A DNA stretch of 64,000 nucleotides from an uncultured delta proteobacterium (lineage in GTDB: Bacteria > Desulfobacterota > Binatia > Binatales > Binataceae): the NCBI GenBank assembly GCA_963724765.1, contig CAVRVY010000003.1, forward strand, positions 1,088,001-1,152,000, written 5' to 3'. Positions 42,939 to 52,344 of this stretch are shown here, piece after piece. The first letter of the stretch is position 1. Every line of letters begins with the position of its first letter. The notes below the pieces were generated by a model. That model had not been told where the DNA came from. It saw only the letters and a list, made by a program, of their open reading frames with translations, and did not search any database. The position numbers and the translations under genes are program-made.

Positions 42939-44426
42939 TCAAGCTGCATAAGAACCGCTGGAGGCTTCAGGACGCGAGTCGTCCTCCGCAAATAGAGCCT
43001 CCACGAATTCGCGCGGGTCGAAGGCACGCAAATCCTCGACATCTTCACCCACGCCGACGAAGCGCACGGGCAGTTTTAGTTGCTCGGCTATGGCGATCAC
43101 CACACCGCCTTTGGCAGTGCCGTCGAGCTTCGCCAGAACCACGCCCGTGAGCGGCACCGCTTCCCCGAAGATTTTCGCCTGGCTTAGTGCGTTCTGCCCC
43201 GTCGTGGCGTCGAGCACCAGCCAGCATTCGTGCGGCGCGCCCGGAAGCTCGCGGCCGGCCACGCGGGCGATCTTTTTGAGCTCTTCCATCAGATTGACCT
43301 TGGTCTGCAGACGCCCCGCCGTATCGATCAACACCGTCGATACGTTACGCGCCACCGCCGCCTTGACCGCGTCGAACGCCACCGCCGCCGGATCAGAGCC
43401 CTGGTTCTGTTTGATGATGTCGGCGCCGACCCGCTGGCACCATACTTCAAGCTGTTCGATCGCGGCCGCACGAAAGGTGTCCGCTGCCGCGACGATCACC
43501 GTGCCACGCTCGGCCTTCATCCGCGCCGCCAGCTTGGCCACGGTCGTGGTTTTGCCCGCTCCGTTCACACCGGCCAGCATCACCACCAGCGGCCCCTCGG
43601 CCGGGATGTTCATCGGGCGCTCGCTCGCCACGAGCATCCGCGCGATCTCGTCCTTGAGCGCCTCGCGGATGGCGTCCGGGCGGGTGCCGTCCTTGACCCG
43701 GCCGCGCACGGCCTCGACCAGCTTGAGGCTGGCCTGGACGCCTACGTCGGCGGCAATCAGCGCCTCCTCGAGACCCTCGCAGATGTCGTCGAGCTTGGCG
43801 CTGCCGGTTATCGCGGCGCGAATGCGGGCGAGCAGATTCTCGCGCGTGCGGCGTAGCCCCAGGCCGATTCGTACGGGCGCTTTCGGCGGGGCCGCCGCGG
43901 ATGGCGGAGCCGCGACCGGTTCGGCAGGCGGGGCTTCGGCAGCCGGCTCTGCAGGTGCAGGTTCTTCCGCCGGTTCGGCGGGCGTAGGTTCGACGGCCTG
44001 CTCAGCGGGCCTCGCTTCAGGAGGTAGAGGCGGCGCGACCGAAGGCGCATGGGCCTCCGTCGGTTCAGCTGCGATCTCTTCGGGCGGGACCACTGCGGGC
44101 GGGGGCGCGTACAGCGCCTGCTCGACCGCGTGCTCAAGCTCGTGAACCCTGCGGCGTTTGCGCGCGCTGAATTCGATCAGAATCGCGAGGACGAACAGTA
44201 AGACCTGGCTAGCCGCCACCACCAGGACGAGACGATCGACGAACGACAGTCTGGCGAGCATTTCGGCCGGAGTTAGACGCTCGAGGGACGAAAGCCAGGT
44301 GAAAATCGCGGCCATGGCTGACGAAAGCCACGCGAGAATCGTCGCCATGACTAACGAAAGCCAGGCGAGAACCGCGGCTACGGCGGCCGACAGCCGGGCG
44401 CTAATTTCGCTTACGTAGTGGGGCAC
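42939..44426 (-). CDS. ftsY: Signal recognition particle receptor FtsY
   Basis: GVNGAGKTT, DTFRAAA, DTAGRLQ, KLDGTAKGG; hydrophobic N-terminus plus Pro/Ala/Glu linker. Confidence 0.95.
   Translation of the reverse strand: MPHYVSEISARLSAAVAAVLAWLSLVMATILAWLSSAMAAIFTWLSSLERLTPAEMLARLSFVDRLVLVVAASQVLLFVLAILIEFSARKRRRVHELEHAVEQALYAPPPAVVPPEEIAAEPTEAHAPSVAPPLPPEARPAEQAVEPTPAEPAEEPAPAEPAAEAPPAEPVAAPPSAAAPPKAPVRIGLGLRRTRENLLARIRAAITGSAKLDDICEGLEEALIAADVGVQASLKLVEAVRGRVKDGTRPDAIREALKDEIARMLVASERPMNIPAEGPLVVMLAGVNGAGKTTTVAKLAARMKAERGTVIVAAADTFRAAAIEQLEVWCQRVGADIIKQNQGSDPAAVAFDAVKAAVARNVSTVLIDTAGRLQTKVNLMEELKKIARVAGRELPGAPHECWLVLDATTGQNALSQAKIFGEAVPLTGVVLAKLDGTAKGGVVIAIAEQLKLPVRFVGVGEDVEDLRAFDPREFVEALFAEDDSRPEASSGSYAA
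44288..44400. repeat. 33-bp tandem repeat (~3.5 copies) in the ftsY 5' end
   Basis: ACGAAAGCCA at 44288, 44321, 44354 and a degenerate copy at 44387. Confidence 0.85.
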
Positions 44427-44601
44427 GCGGGCGCGATCCTTGGGAAAAAAATTTCGAAGCTATGTCCGGCCGAACCGCCACGCGTATCTGTCGCCGGCCC
44501 GGCGCCGAACGCCTCACACAATAACAATCCCCGCACGAGATCGGAACCAAAACGCGCGAGTCCTTGCCGCAAGCTTGCCGTCGACTCGCGCGGCTCTTTC
44601 T

Positions 44602-44646
44602 GAGCCCTCGCCCACACCTATGTGGGAGAGGGTGTGGGTGAGGGTC
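44602..44646. repeat. REP-like palindromic element
   Basis: Minus strand GACCCTCACCCACACCCTCTCCCACATAGGTGTGGGCGAGGG; related copy at 59331-59371. Confidence 0.7.
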
Positions 44647-44694
44647 CGATCCGCGGCGCGCTAAATTCCGCTGTGCCGCGCCGCGTTCTGAATG

Positions 44695-47600
44695 CTACGC
44701 GGCGCGCGGAATCGCCAGCGAGATCAGGCGCGAGACTCCCGGCCGCTCCATCGTGACGCCATGGATCTGGTCGGCGCGCTGCATCGTGCGCTGGTTGTGC
44801 GTGATCACGATGAACTGCGAGCGGCCCTTGAGTTCGCCGACCAGGCTGGTGAAGGCGGCGAGGCTGAACTCGTCGAGCGGCGCGTCGACCTCGTCCATCA
44901 CGCAGAACGGGCTCGGGTTGAGCAGGAAGAGCGAAAAGATCAGCGCCATTGCGCACAGCGCCTTCTCACCGCCCGAGAGCAGGCCTATTTCCTTGACCTT
45001 CTTGCCCGGCGGCTGGACCAGGATATTGACGCCAGCCTCCAGCACGTCGTCGGCGGGCAGCAATTCGAGCCGGCCCTTGCCGCCGCGCAGCAATTTGGGG
45101 AAAAGCTCGGCGAAGTTGCGCGCCGCGCCCTCGAAGGTCTCGCTGAAGCGCCGGCGCGCCTCGCGGTTGAGCTTCTGGATCGTATGCGTGAGGTCCTTGA
45201 CCGCCGCTTCGAGATCGGTCCGCTCGGCAGTGAGCACGCCGGAGCGTTCCTCCAGTTCCTTGACCTCGCTTTCGGCGGCGAGGTTGACCTCGCCCAGGCG
45301 CTCAGCCTTGGCGCGCAGCTCGGCCAGACGCGCCTCGTCGGCCACGGCGTCGCGCTCGACGAGCGCGATTTTCAGTTCGTCCTCGACCGCTGCGAACTCG
45401 GTCTGAAATTTTTCGGCAAAGTTGCGCCCGAGCTCGCCGGCGAGCGTGCGCGCGCGTTCGCATCCAAGCGCGCACTCCATCGCATCGCGCTCGAGCGCCT
45501 CGGCCGTGGTCCGCGTCTCGGCGAGCTCCGTCCGCAGCGCCTGCAGCGCCGCGGCCGCGGCCTCGCACGCCTGCCGCATCTGTTCGGTTGCGGCGTCCAG
45601 TTCCGCCTCGCGCGTCCGTGAGGTCTCCGCCTGCGCAGCCAACTGATCGAGTTCGCGCACCAGCTCGACACGTTCGTCGCCAAGCCGGGCGAGCGAGGCG
45701 CGGTCTTTGCCGATCTGCGCCTCGAGTTCATCGGCCAAGCGGCGCAGATGTCCGAGTTCCTGCTCGATCGCGCCCAGGCGTGCGCGTCGCGCCTCGACCC
45801 TGGAGGCTGCCTCGAGCATCGCGGCCGCGGATTCCTCGGCGCGCGCTTTGCGCTCGCTCATCTCGGTGCGGATCGCGGACAGGCGCTCACGGCTCGCCGC
45901 TTCGCCGTGGGCGAGTTCTTCGAGCCGAGCGTTGGACTCTGCAATCAGACGGGCGATTTCCTGCAGACGCACGCGGGCTTGGTCGTGCTGGCCGCGAGTG
46001 GCGGCCGCTTCGCTCTCGATACGTTCGAAGGCGCTATGCCGCTCGCTCATTGTGCGCTCGGCGCGTGAGACATTGTCCCGCGCCTCGTTGAGTTCGCGAT
46101 GCGCAGTCTCGAGCACAGCGCGCGCCGCCTCGAAAGCCGCGCGCAGCGATGCGGTTTCGGACTCGGCCTGCTCGACGCGCGCCGCCGCCTCTTCCAATGT
46201 CGGCGCATCGGGCGCCGCCGCCTCAGCCTCCTCGCCGTCGCCCGATGTGGCGCTGCTGCCGCCGGCGATCATTTTCCCCGGCGCCACCAGGTCGCCCTCG
46301 CGAGTGACGAAGAGCGTGCCGTGGCCGTTCAGGTTCGACGCCGCGAGCGCGGAGCGCAGATCGTCGGCGACGACCACGTGACCGAGCATCGCTTCGGCGA
46401 CCTGGCGAAAGCGTGGCTCGACTTCGATCATATCGAGCAGGCGTCCGGCGATTCCGGGTGCTTCGATAGCGGGATGGGAATCGGCCGGGCCGGGCTCGGG
46501 GATAAAGCTTAAACGGCCGGCGCGGGACTCTTTGAGAATTTCGATCGCGCGCAGCGCCAGATGGGGCGAATCGACAATCACCGCCTCGGCTTCCTCGCCG
46601 AGCGCTGCGCCCAGCGCCGTACGCATTGCCGCCGGCGCACGCAACACCTCGGCCAGCATCGCGGGCGCCTGGGCCGGTCGGTCGCCATTGAGCGAATCGA
46701 GAACGATGCGCAGACGCTCGGCAGCGCCGCCATCGGCGCGCAGCGCCGCGCGCTCTGCGCGCGCGCGGGCGGCGCTCAGCGATTCGCGCAGCAGCGCCAG
46801 ACGGGCTGCGCCCGCGTCGAGCGCGATGCGGGCCTCCCGCTCGCGCTCGGCCGCTTCTTTGCCGCGGCCGTCCAGGGCCGCGCGCTCGGTGCGGCGGGCG
46901 GCGAGTTCGCCGTCCGCCACGTCCAGCGCGGCGCGCGCAGCGCCAAGCGCCTCGTCGAGCACCGGGAGGCGCTCGGCGGCGGCGTGCAGGCGCTCTTCGA
47001 GTTCGGCGCGCTCGCCGCCGAGCGCGCCGAGGCGGCCGCGTATCGCGGCTCCCTCGCGCATCAGCTCGGCGACCTCGTCGCGCGTGTCTTCGCCGCGCCG
47101 CTCGGCCTCGCCGAGCGCCGCGGCGGCCTCGTCATGGCGCTCGCGCAATGCGCCGAGGGTGGCCTCGCCGCCGTCGTCCTCGCTGCGCGCGCGCGCAAGG
47201 CGCGCGCCGGCCTCGGCGCGCGCCGCGCGCGCGGCGGTGGCCTTGGCCTCGAGTTCTTCGAGCCGCGCCGCCAGCTCAGGCGCGGCCGCGTCGGCCGCGC
47301 TTAAGCGGCGCTCCAGGAACTCGCGCGTATGGCCGCGCTGGGCGGCGGCCGCGCGCAAGTTGTCGAGCTCGCGGCCGAGCGCGGTCAGGCTATCGCGCTC
47401 GGCTGCGAGCCGGGCGGCGGCCGCGTCGGTCCGCGATTGAAGTTCCGCCAGCGCTTCGCGAGTGGCCTCTCGCTGGGTATCGAGCTCCTCGGAGCGGGCG
47501 CGATGATCTTCGAGCCGCGCGCGCTCTTCGAGCAGCCGGTGCGCAGCGCTCAGCCGTTCCAGCTCGGCCAGTTCGACGCGGATCGCCTTATAGGCCTCGG

Positions 47601-48246
47601 CCTTTTTGGCCTGACGGCGGGCGAAAGCCAACTGGCGTTCGATTTCAGCCAGCACGTCGTCGACGCGGGCGAGGTTCTCGCGCACGCGGTCGAGTTTGCG
47701 CTCGCTCGTCTCGCGTCGTCCCTTGAAAAGCGAAAGCCCAGCTGCCTCTTCGATCATCCCACGCAGCTCGGTGGGCTTGGACTGGATGATCTCCTCGATA
47801 CGGCCCTGCTCGATCAGGGCGTAGCCGCGGCTATGGATTTGCGCGGCCATGAAGAACTCGGTGATGTCCTTCAGCCGGCAGGGAATCTTATTGATCAGAT
47901 ATTCGGATTCGCCGGAGCGGTAGACGCGGCGTGTGACGCATACTTCGCTCAATCCCGCGTACGGCTCCGGCAGCGCGCAGTTGTCGTCGGCCTCGAGCAG
48001 CAGCGAGACCTCGGCCATCCCGGCCGCCGGATTGGAATCGTTACCGGCGTATATGAAGTCTTCGGCGCTCTTGCCGCGCAGCCGCGTCGGCGCCTGCTCG
48101 CCAAGGACCCAGCGGATGGCGTCGACCACGTTGGATTTGCCGCATCCGTTAGGGCCGACGACCGCTGTGATCCCGGGCGCGAAGCCGACGCTCGTCGGCT
48201 CCAGGAATGATTTGAAGCCTACTAAATCAAGGCTTTTGAGCCGCAT
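44695..48246 (-). CDS. smc: Chromosome segregation protein SMC
   Basis: GFKSF, GPNGCGKSN, Q-loop IEQG, hinge, LSGGE, MDEVDAPLD, ITH. Confidence 0.96.
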   Translation of the reverse strand: MRLKSLDLVGFKSFLEPTSVGFAPGITAVVGPNGCGKSNVVDAIRWVLGEQAPTRLRGKSAEDFIYAGNDSNPAAGMAEVSLLLEADDNCALPEPYAGLSEVCVTRRVYRSGESEYLINKIPCRLKDITEFFMAAQIHSRGYALIEQGRIEEIIQSKPTELRGMIEEAAGLSLFKGRRETSERKLDRVRENLARVDDVLAEIERQLAFARRQAKKAEAYKAIRVELAELERLSAAHRLLEERARLEDHRARSEELDTQREATREALAELQSRTDAAAARLAAERDSLTALGRELDNLRAAAAQRGHTREFLERRLSAADAAAPELAARLEELEAKATAARAARAEAGARLARARSEDDGGEATLGALRERHDEAAAALGEAERRGEDTRDEVAELMREGAAIRGRLGALGGERAELEERLHAAAERLPVLDEALGAARAALDVADGELAARRTERAALDGRGKEAAEREREARIALDAGAARLALLRESLSAARARAERAALRADGGAAERLRIVLDSLNGDRPAQAPAMLAEVLRAPAAMRTALGAALGEEAEAVIVDSPHLALRAIEILKESRAGRLSFIPEPGPADSHPAIEAPGIAGRLLDMIEVEPRFRQVAEAMLGHVVVADDLRSALAASNLNGHGTLFVTREGDLVAPGKMIAGGSSATSGDGEEAEAAAPDAPTLEEAAARVEQAESETASLRAAFEAARAVLETAHRELNEARDNVSRAERTMSERHSAFERIESEAAATRGQHDQARVRLQEIARLIAESNARLEELAHGEAASRERLSAIRTEMSERKARAEESAAAMLEAASRVEARRARLGAIEQELGHLRRLADELEAQIGKDRASLARLGDERVELVRELDQLAAQAETSRTREAELDAATEQMRQACEAAAAALQALRTELAETRTTAEALERDAMECALGCERARTLAGELGRNFAEKFQTEFAAVEDELKIALVERDAVADEARLAELRAKAERLGEVNLAAESEVKELEERSGVLTAERTDLEAAVKDLTHTIQKLNREARRRFSETFEGAARNFAELFPKLLRGGKGRLELLPADDVLEAGVNILVQPPGKKVKEIGLLSGGEKALCAMALIFSLFLLNPSPFCVMDEVDAPLDEFSLAAFTSLVGELKGRSQFIVITHNQRTMQRADQIHGVTMERPGVSRLISLAIPRAA

Positions 48247-48418
48247 ACCATCATCGCCTCCACCTCACCACCACATCCGCACCAGAGCTTAGCCCAAAGC
48301 CAAGGACCATGAAACCGCCGACGGCGTACCGTATCCCCTACGCGCAGAGCGGGCTGTGGATATCGTGCGAGACTGGGCGCAGTGCGATTCAGAAGCTGCT
48401 AATGATGAAAATTACTTC

Positions 48419-49021
48419 TTACTCTTGCAGCTCAGTGTTCCAGTAGGCGCTGTCGACCGCGGTCAGGTACGGCATCCACTCGCGATAACGCTTAAGGCTG
48501 AACATCTCGGCGCTGAATGGCGTCCAGTGCGGGCGCATCGGCTTGCGCACGAGCGCCATCCGGGCCTCATCGGGCGTGCGGCCGCCCTTGCGCCGGTTGC
48601 AGTTATGGCAGGAGCAGACGATGTTCTCCCAGGTCGAGAGGCCTCCGCGCGAGCGCGGCATGATGTGGTCGAGGTTGAGCTCGGTGCGCGCGAAGCGCCG
48701 TCCGCAGTATTGGCAGGTGTTGTTGTCGCGGGCGAAGATATTGAAACGCGAAAAGCGCACGTGGCGGCGCGGCACCCGCTCGTAGGCCGTCAGCAACAGC
48801 ACCCGCGGAACGCGGACTAAGCCGCCCACCACGCCCAGGCGCTCGTGATGGGTCTCGATCGCGAGGTCACGCCAGCTTGCGAAATCGAAGGTGTGGTATT
48901 GCTCGTCGACCGCTCGCGCCACCCCTTGGTAGAGGAGCGCAAAGGCGCGTTTCACCGAAGTTACGTGAACGGGCAGGTAGGAGCGGTTGAGGATGAGGAC
49001 CTTGCTGTTGAGCAGGGCCAT
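48419..49021 (-). CDS. HNH endonuclease (McrA/HNH_5-like)
   Basis: VLILNRSYLP, RDNNTCQYCG, DHIMPRSRGG, WENIVCSCHNCNRRKG. Confidence 0.9.
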   Translation of the reverse strand: MALLNSKVLILNRSYLPVHVTSVKRAFALLYQGVARAVDEQYHTFDFASWRDLAIETHHERLGVVGGLVRVPRVLLLTAYERVPRRHVRFSRFNIFARDNNTCQYCGRRFARTELNLDHIMPRSRGGLSTWENIVCSCHNCNRRKGGRTPDEARMALVRKPMRPHWTPFSAEMFSLKRYREWMPYLTAVDSAYWNTELQE

Positions 49022-49352
49022 CCCCGACGGACGCAGCATCAGACTGTCGACCGCGGCAGACACTACAAAACGAGTATCGGCACCTGTGAACCAAGTCAAG
49101 GCGAGGGGGATCGGTGCAAAACACGTTTATGCCCCGTGCCAGTGCGCCTTGCGTGCTTCGCGGCCTCTCCGTATGATTCGTTTGAAGTTCTATGGCGTAC
49201 TCAATGGGTGGAGGGGTCAGCGACGAAATCGCAGCCGCGCCTGCATTTAGACTGCCGGAAAGCGCAGCCGCCGTTCGCCGGCGCCGCGCGCTGCGCGCCC
49301 CGCAACGCCGCTCCGTGTGACCAGCCCTCCCGTCCGTCGCCACGGGTCTCTC

Positions 49353-51266
49353 GTGAAACGTGAAATAGTCATTAATGCGAGCGCCCTCGAAGTGCGCGTC
49401 GCGCTGCTCGAAGACGGCGCCCTGACCGAGCTCTATCTCGAACGCCAGCAACATCGCGGTCTCGCCGGGAACATCTATAAGGGCAAGGTCACGCGCGTGC
49501 TGCCGGGGATGCAGGCGGCGTTTGTTGATATCGGCCTGGAGAAGGCGGGCTTCCTGCACGTCTCAGACTTTCACGACGACGTACAGGCGGTCGGTTCGAT
49601 CGCCGAGGTGATCGGCGAGGACGACGTCGAGACCTATCCGGTTGACAGCGACGGCGGCGATGAAGCGACGTCGCCGCAAGATCTGGAAAACCTGCAAGAC
49701 TTGCAGGACCTGCAGCAACTGGCGGAGCTGGAAGGATCGGAGGAGCCGCCCGAACAGCACGACGAGCGAGCGGACGAGCGACAAAGTGCGCGACAAAATC
49801 TGCGGCAAGGCGCGCGGCAAGTCTCGCAACAGGTCTCGTTACAAATCTCGCAACAAGACGTACAAATCGATTCGCACGATCTGGCCGACGAGTCGGCGGC
49901 GCCGCCCGAGGGCGAGGCCGCCGCGGCGACGCCCACCGCCGCGGGTGAAGCGCCAGCGCCGGGGGGCCCCAAACGCCGACGCAGCCGGCGCCGGCGCCGG
50001 CGCGGCGGCAAGGCGCACAAAAGGCCGCGCGTGCACGAGCAGCGCAGCCGTCTCCCGATCGAGCAGCAACTGCATCGCAACCAGGAGATCATCGTCCAGA
50101 TAGCCAAGGAGCCGATGGGCACCAAGGGCGCGCGGCTGACCTCGTCGATCTCACTGCCCGGACGCCATCTGGTCTACATGCCGACCAGCGGCCACGTCGG
50201 GGTCTCGCGGCGAATCGGCAGCGCGGAAGAACGCGCGCGCCTGCGCGCGGCGGTCAAGGAACTCGGCCGCGTGCAGGGCGGGTTCATCGTACGCACGGCG
50301 TGCGAGGGCGTGAGCAAGCGCGAAATCCAGCGTGACGCGAACTTCCTGACCCGGCTGTGGGCGTCGATCGTGGCCAAGAGCGAGACCAGCCCGCCGGCGT
50401 CGATCCTCTATAGCGACCTCGACGTGGCGCTGCGCACCGTGCGCGATCTGTTTTCCAGCGAGATCGACAAACTGTGGTGCGACGATCCCGAGACCTTCGA
50501 GCGCATCGTGCAATTCGTGCAGCACTACATGCCGCGGTTGCGCGCGCGGCTTACGATGTACCAGGGCGCCGAGCCGATCTTCGACCATTTCAAAATCGAG
50601 CCGCAGATCGAGCGCGCGCTCGACCGCAAGGTCTGGCTCAAGTCCGGCGGCTACCTGGTTTTCGACCAGGCCGAAGCGCTCACCGCGATCGACGTCAACA
50701 CCGGCCGCTTCGTCGGCAAGACCAACCAGGACGAGACCGTGCTGCGGACTAACCTCGAAGCGGTCGAAGAAGTGGTCAAGCAGCTGCGCCTGCGCAATAT
50801 CGGCGGGATTATCATCGTCGACTTCATCGATATGTCGCGCGAGGCCGATCGCAAGAAAGTCAGCGACGCGCTACGCGAGGCGCAGCGGCGCGACAAGGCG
50901 CGCACCTCGGCGCTCAAGATCTCCGAGCTCGGGCTGGTCCAGATGACCCGCAAGCGCACCCGCGAGAGCCTCGAGGAGCTGCTCACCGACCCCTGTCCGC
51001 ACTGCGAGGGCCGGCGCGTGGTCAAATCCGTACCGACGCTCGCCGCCGAGATCTTGCGCGGAGTCCATCGCGAGGCCCGCCGCCGTGGCGGCGACGACAT
51101 GCTGCTGGTCAAAATCCATCCCGCCGTCGCGCGCTATCTTTACGACCACGGCGCACGCGACCTCGAGGAGCTCGAGCGCCGGGTGGGGATAAAAATCGTG
51201 CTCCGCGCGATGGAAGGTCTCGAGCCGGGCAGCTTCGAGCTGAGCCTGGTGCCCGCCGCCGCCTGA
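49353..51266 (+). CDS. rng: Rne/Rng family ribonuclease (RNase G-like) with a low-complexity insert
   Basis: GNIYKGKV..VLPGMQAAFVDIG, KEPMGTKGARL, IDVNTG, GGIIIVDFIDM, CPHCEG. Confidence 0.9.
   Translation: MKREIVINASALEVRVALLEDGALTELYLERQQHRGLAGNIYKGKVTRVLPGMQAAFVDIGLEKAGFLHVSDFHDDVQAVGSIAEVIGEDDVETYPVDSDGGDEATSPQDLENLQDLQDLQQLAELEGSEEPPEQHDERADERQSARQNLRQGARQVSQQVSLQISQQDVQIDSHDLADESAAPPEGEAAAATPTAAGEAPAPGGPKRRRSRRRRRRGGKAHKRPRVHEQRSRLPIEQQLHRNQEIIVQIAKEPMGTKGARLTSSISLPGRHLVYMPTSGHVGVSRRIGSAEERARLRAAVKELGRVQGGFIVRTACEGVSKREIQRDANFLTRLWASIVAKSETSPPASILYSDLDVALRTVRDLFSSEIDKLWCDDPETFERIVQFVQHYMPRLRARLTMYQGAEPIFDHFKIEPQIERALDRKVWLKSGGYLVFDQAEALTAIDVNTGRFVGKTNQDETVLRTNLEAVEEVVKQLRLRNIGGIIIVDFIDMSREADRKKVSDALREAQRRDKARTSALKISELGLVQMTRKRTRESLEELLTDPCPHCEGRRVVKSVPTLAAEILRGVHREARRRGGDDMLLVKIHPAVARYLYDHGARDLEELERRVGIKIVLRAMEGLEPGSFELSLVPAAA
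49677..49862. repeat. 9-bp and 12-bp tandem repeats within rng
   Basis: Six 9-mers 49677-49730 (QDL/ENL/QQL); seven 12-mers 49779-49862 (RQSA/RQNL/QQVS...). Confidence 0.8.
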
Positions 51267-51355
51267 AGCGTAAGACGCCGCGCAAGCCGCGTCCGCAATC
51301 CGCGACTGATTTCAGTGAGTTCCGCAGGAAGTCCGCAAAAAGTTTGAGCGAGAAT

Positions 51356-52279
51356 CTACGGCGCGACCGTCGCGGCTGCCACCAACGCGGCGGCGCTTTG
51401 AATCTGTCCGAAATGAATCTTGCCGAGGTCGAATTCCTCCAGCGCCTTGATCATGCTGTTCAGCGCCGTGCGGCATGTCGGCAGGTTCTTGCGCGCGCGG
51501 CTTAACGGATTGCATCGCGCCGCGATGTAGTTCTTCAGGTAGGGATGCATCAGGCCGCGCTTTTTGCCGCGCGCGACCAGCGCGGTCAGGACTTCGTCGG
51601 CGCGCGCGACCAGCGCGGCGCGTTCCTCGCGCTCCTCAACAGCTTCGCGCAGCGACTTGGCCAAGAAACCGTCGACGCGGCTCAACAGCGGCGCATAGAC
51701 GGCGCCCGAAAAGCGCGGCGTCTTGTCGTACAGGATGCCGAGCGTGATGAAGTGGGCCCGCTCGAACTCGAAAGCGAAGTCCTTCTCGATTGCGCGCGGC
51801 GCCGTCTCCAGCCGCGAGCGGTACATCCGGATGACCTCCAGCGCCTTGTCCTTGAGGTTGTGGGCTTTCTCGGTGTTGAGCGCGAGAATCTGGTAGGCGA
51901 CCTCGGGCTCTGGAATTACGATCGCCGGGATCGTCTTCGCGCCGAGCTTGGTGGCGGCGGCCCGGCGATGGTTGCCGTTGGGGGTCCAGTAGCCTCCGTC
52001 GGCGCGCACTACGACCACCGGCTCGGTGAAACGGCGGAGCTTCTTCATCACTTCGCCCAGGCGCTTGAGATGGGCCGGGCTGAGATCGCGCTGGAACGGC
52101 GTCCCCTTGAGCATCGCGGCCGGCACCAGCGCGAAGATCTGCCAATGCGCGCCCAGCGGCTCCTGGTAGGCGGCCAGCGCCGCGCCGCCGTCGGACTCGA
52201 TCGCCGCGGCGAGTTCGTCGATCGCGGAGGGCCGCTTCGCGCCGCGCGGGAAAGTGGCTATCTCAGGATAGTCAATCAT
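51356..52279 (-). CDS. ParB/Srx N-terminal domain protein, atypical
   Basis: TPFQRDLS, PVVVV, WTPNGNHR, LALNTEKAHNL. Confidence 0.75.
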   Translation of the reverse strand: MIDYPEIATFPRGAKRPSAIDELAAAIESDGGAALAAYQEPLGAHWQIFALVPAAMLKGTPFQRDLSPAHLKRLGEVMKKLRRFTEPVVVVRADGGYWTPNGNHRRAAATKLGAKTIPAIVIPEPEVAYQILALNTEKAHNLKDKALEVIRMYRSRLETAPRAIEKDFAFEFERAHFITLGILYDKTPRFSGAVYAPLLSRVDGFLAKSLREAVEEREERAALVARADEVLTALVARGKKRGLMHPYLKNYIAARCNPLSRARKNLPTCRTALNSMIKALEEFDLGKIHFGQIQSAAALVAAATVAP

Positions 52280-52344
52280 AGCTAGTGATTAGCTGCTGGT
52301 AAGTGACTAATCGTCCAATTCTCAGTTGCGGCGCGCGTGAAGCT

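Noticed and set aside
44695-52279. SMC + HNH + ParB-like genes as a Wadjet-type defence system
   Set aside because: SMC is the canonical hinge-containing housekeeping type next to ftsY; no jetA/B/D-like genes; the ParB-like gene is separated by rng.
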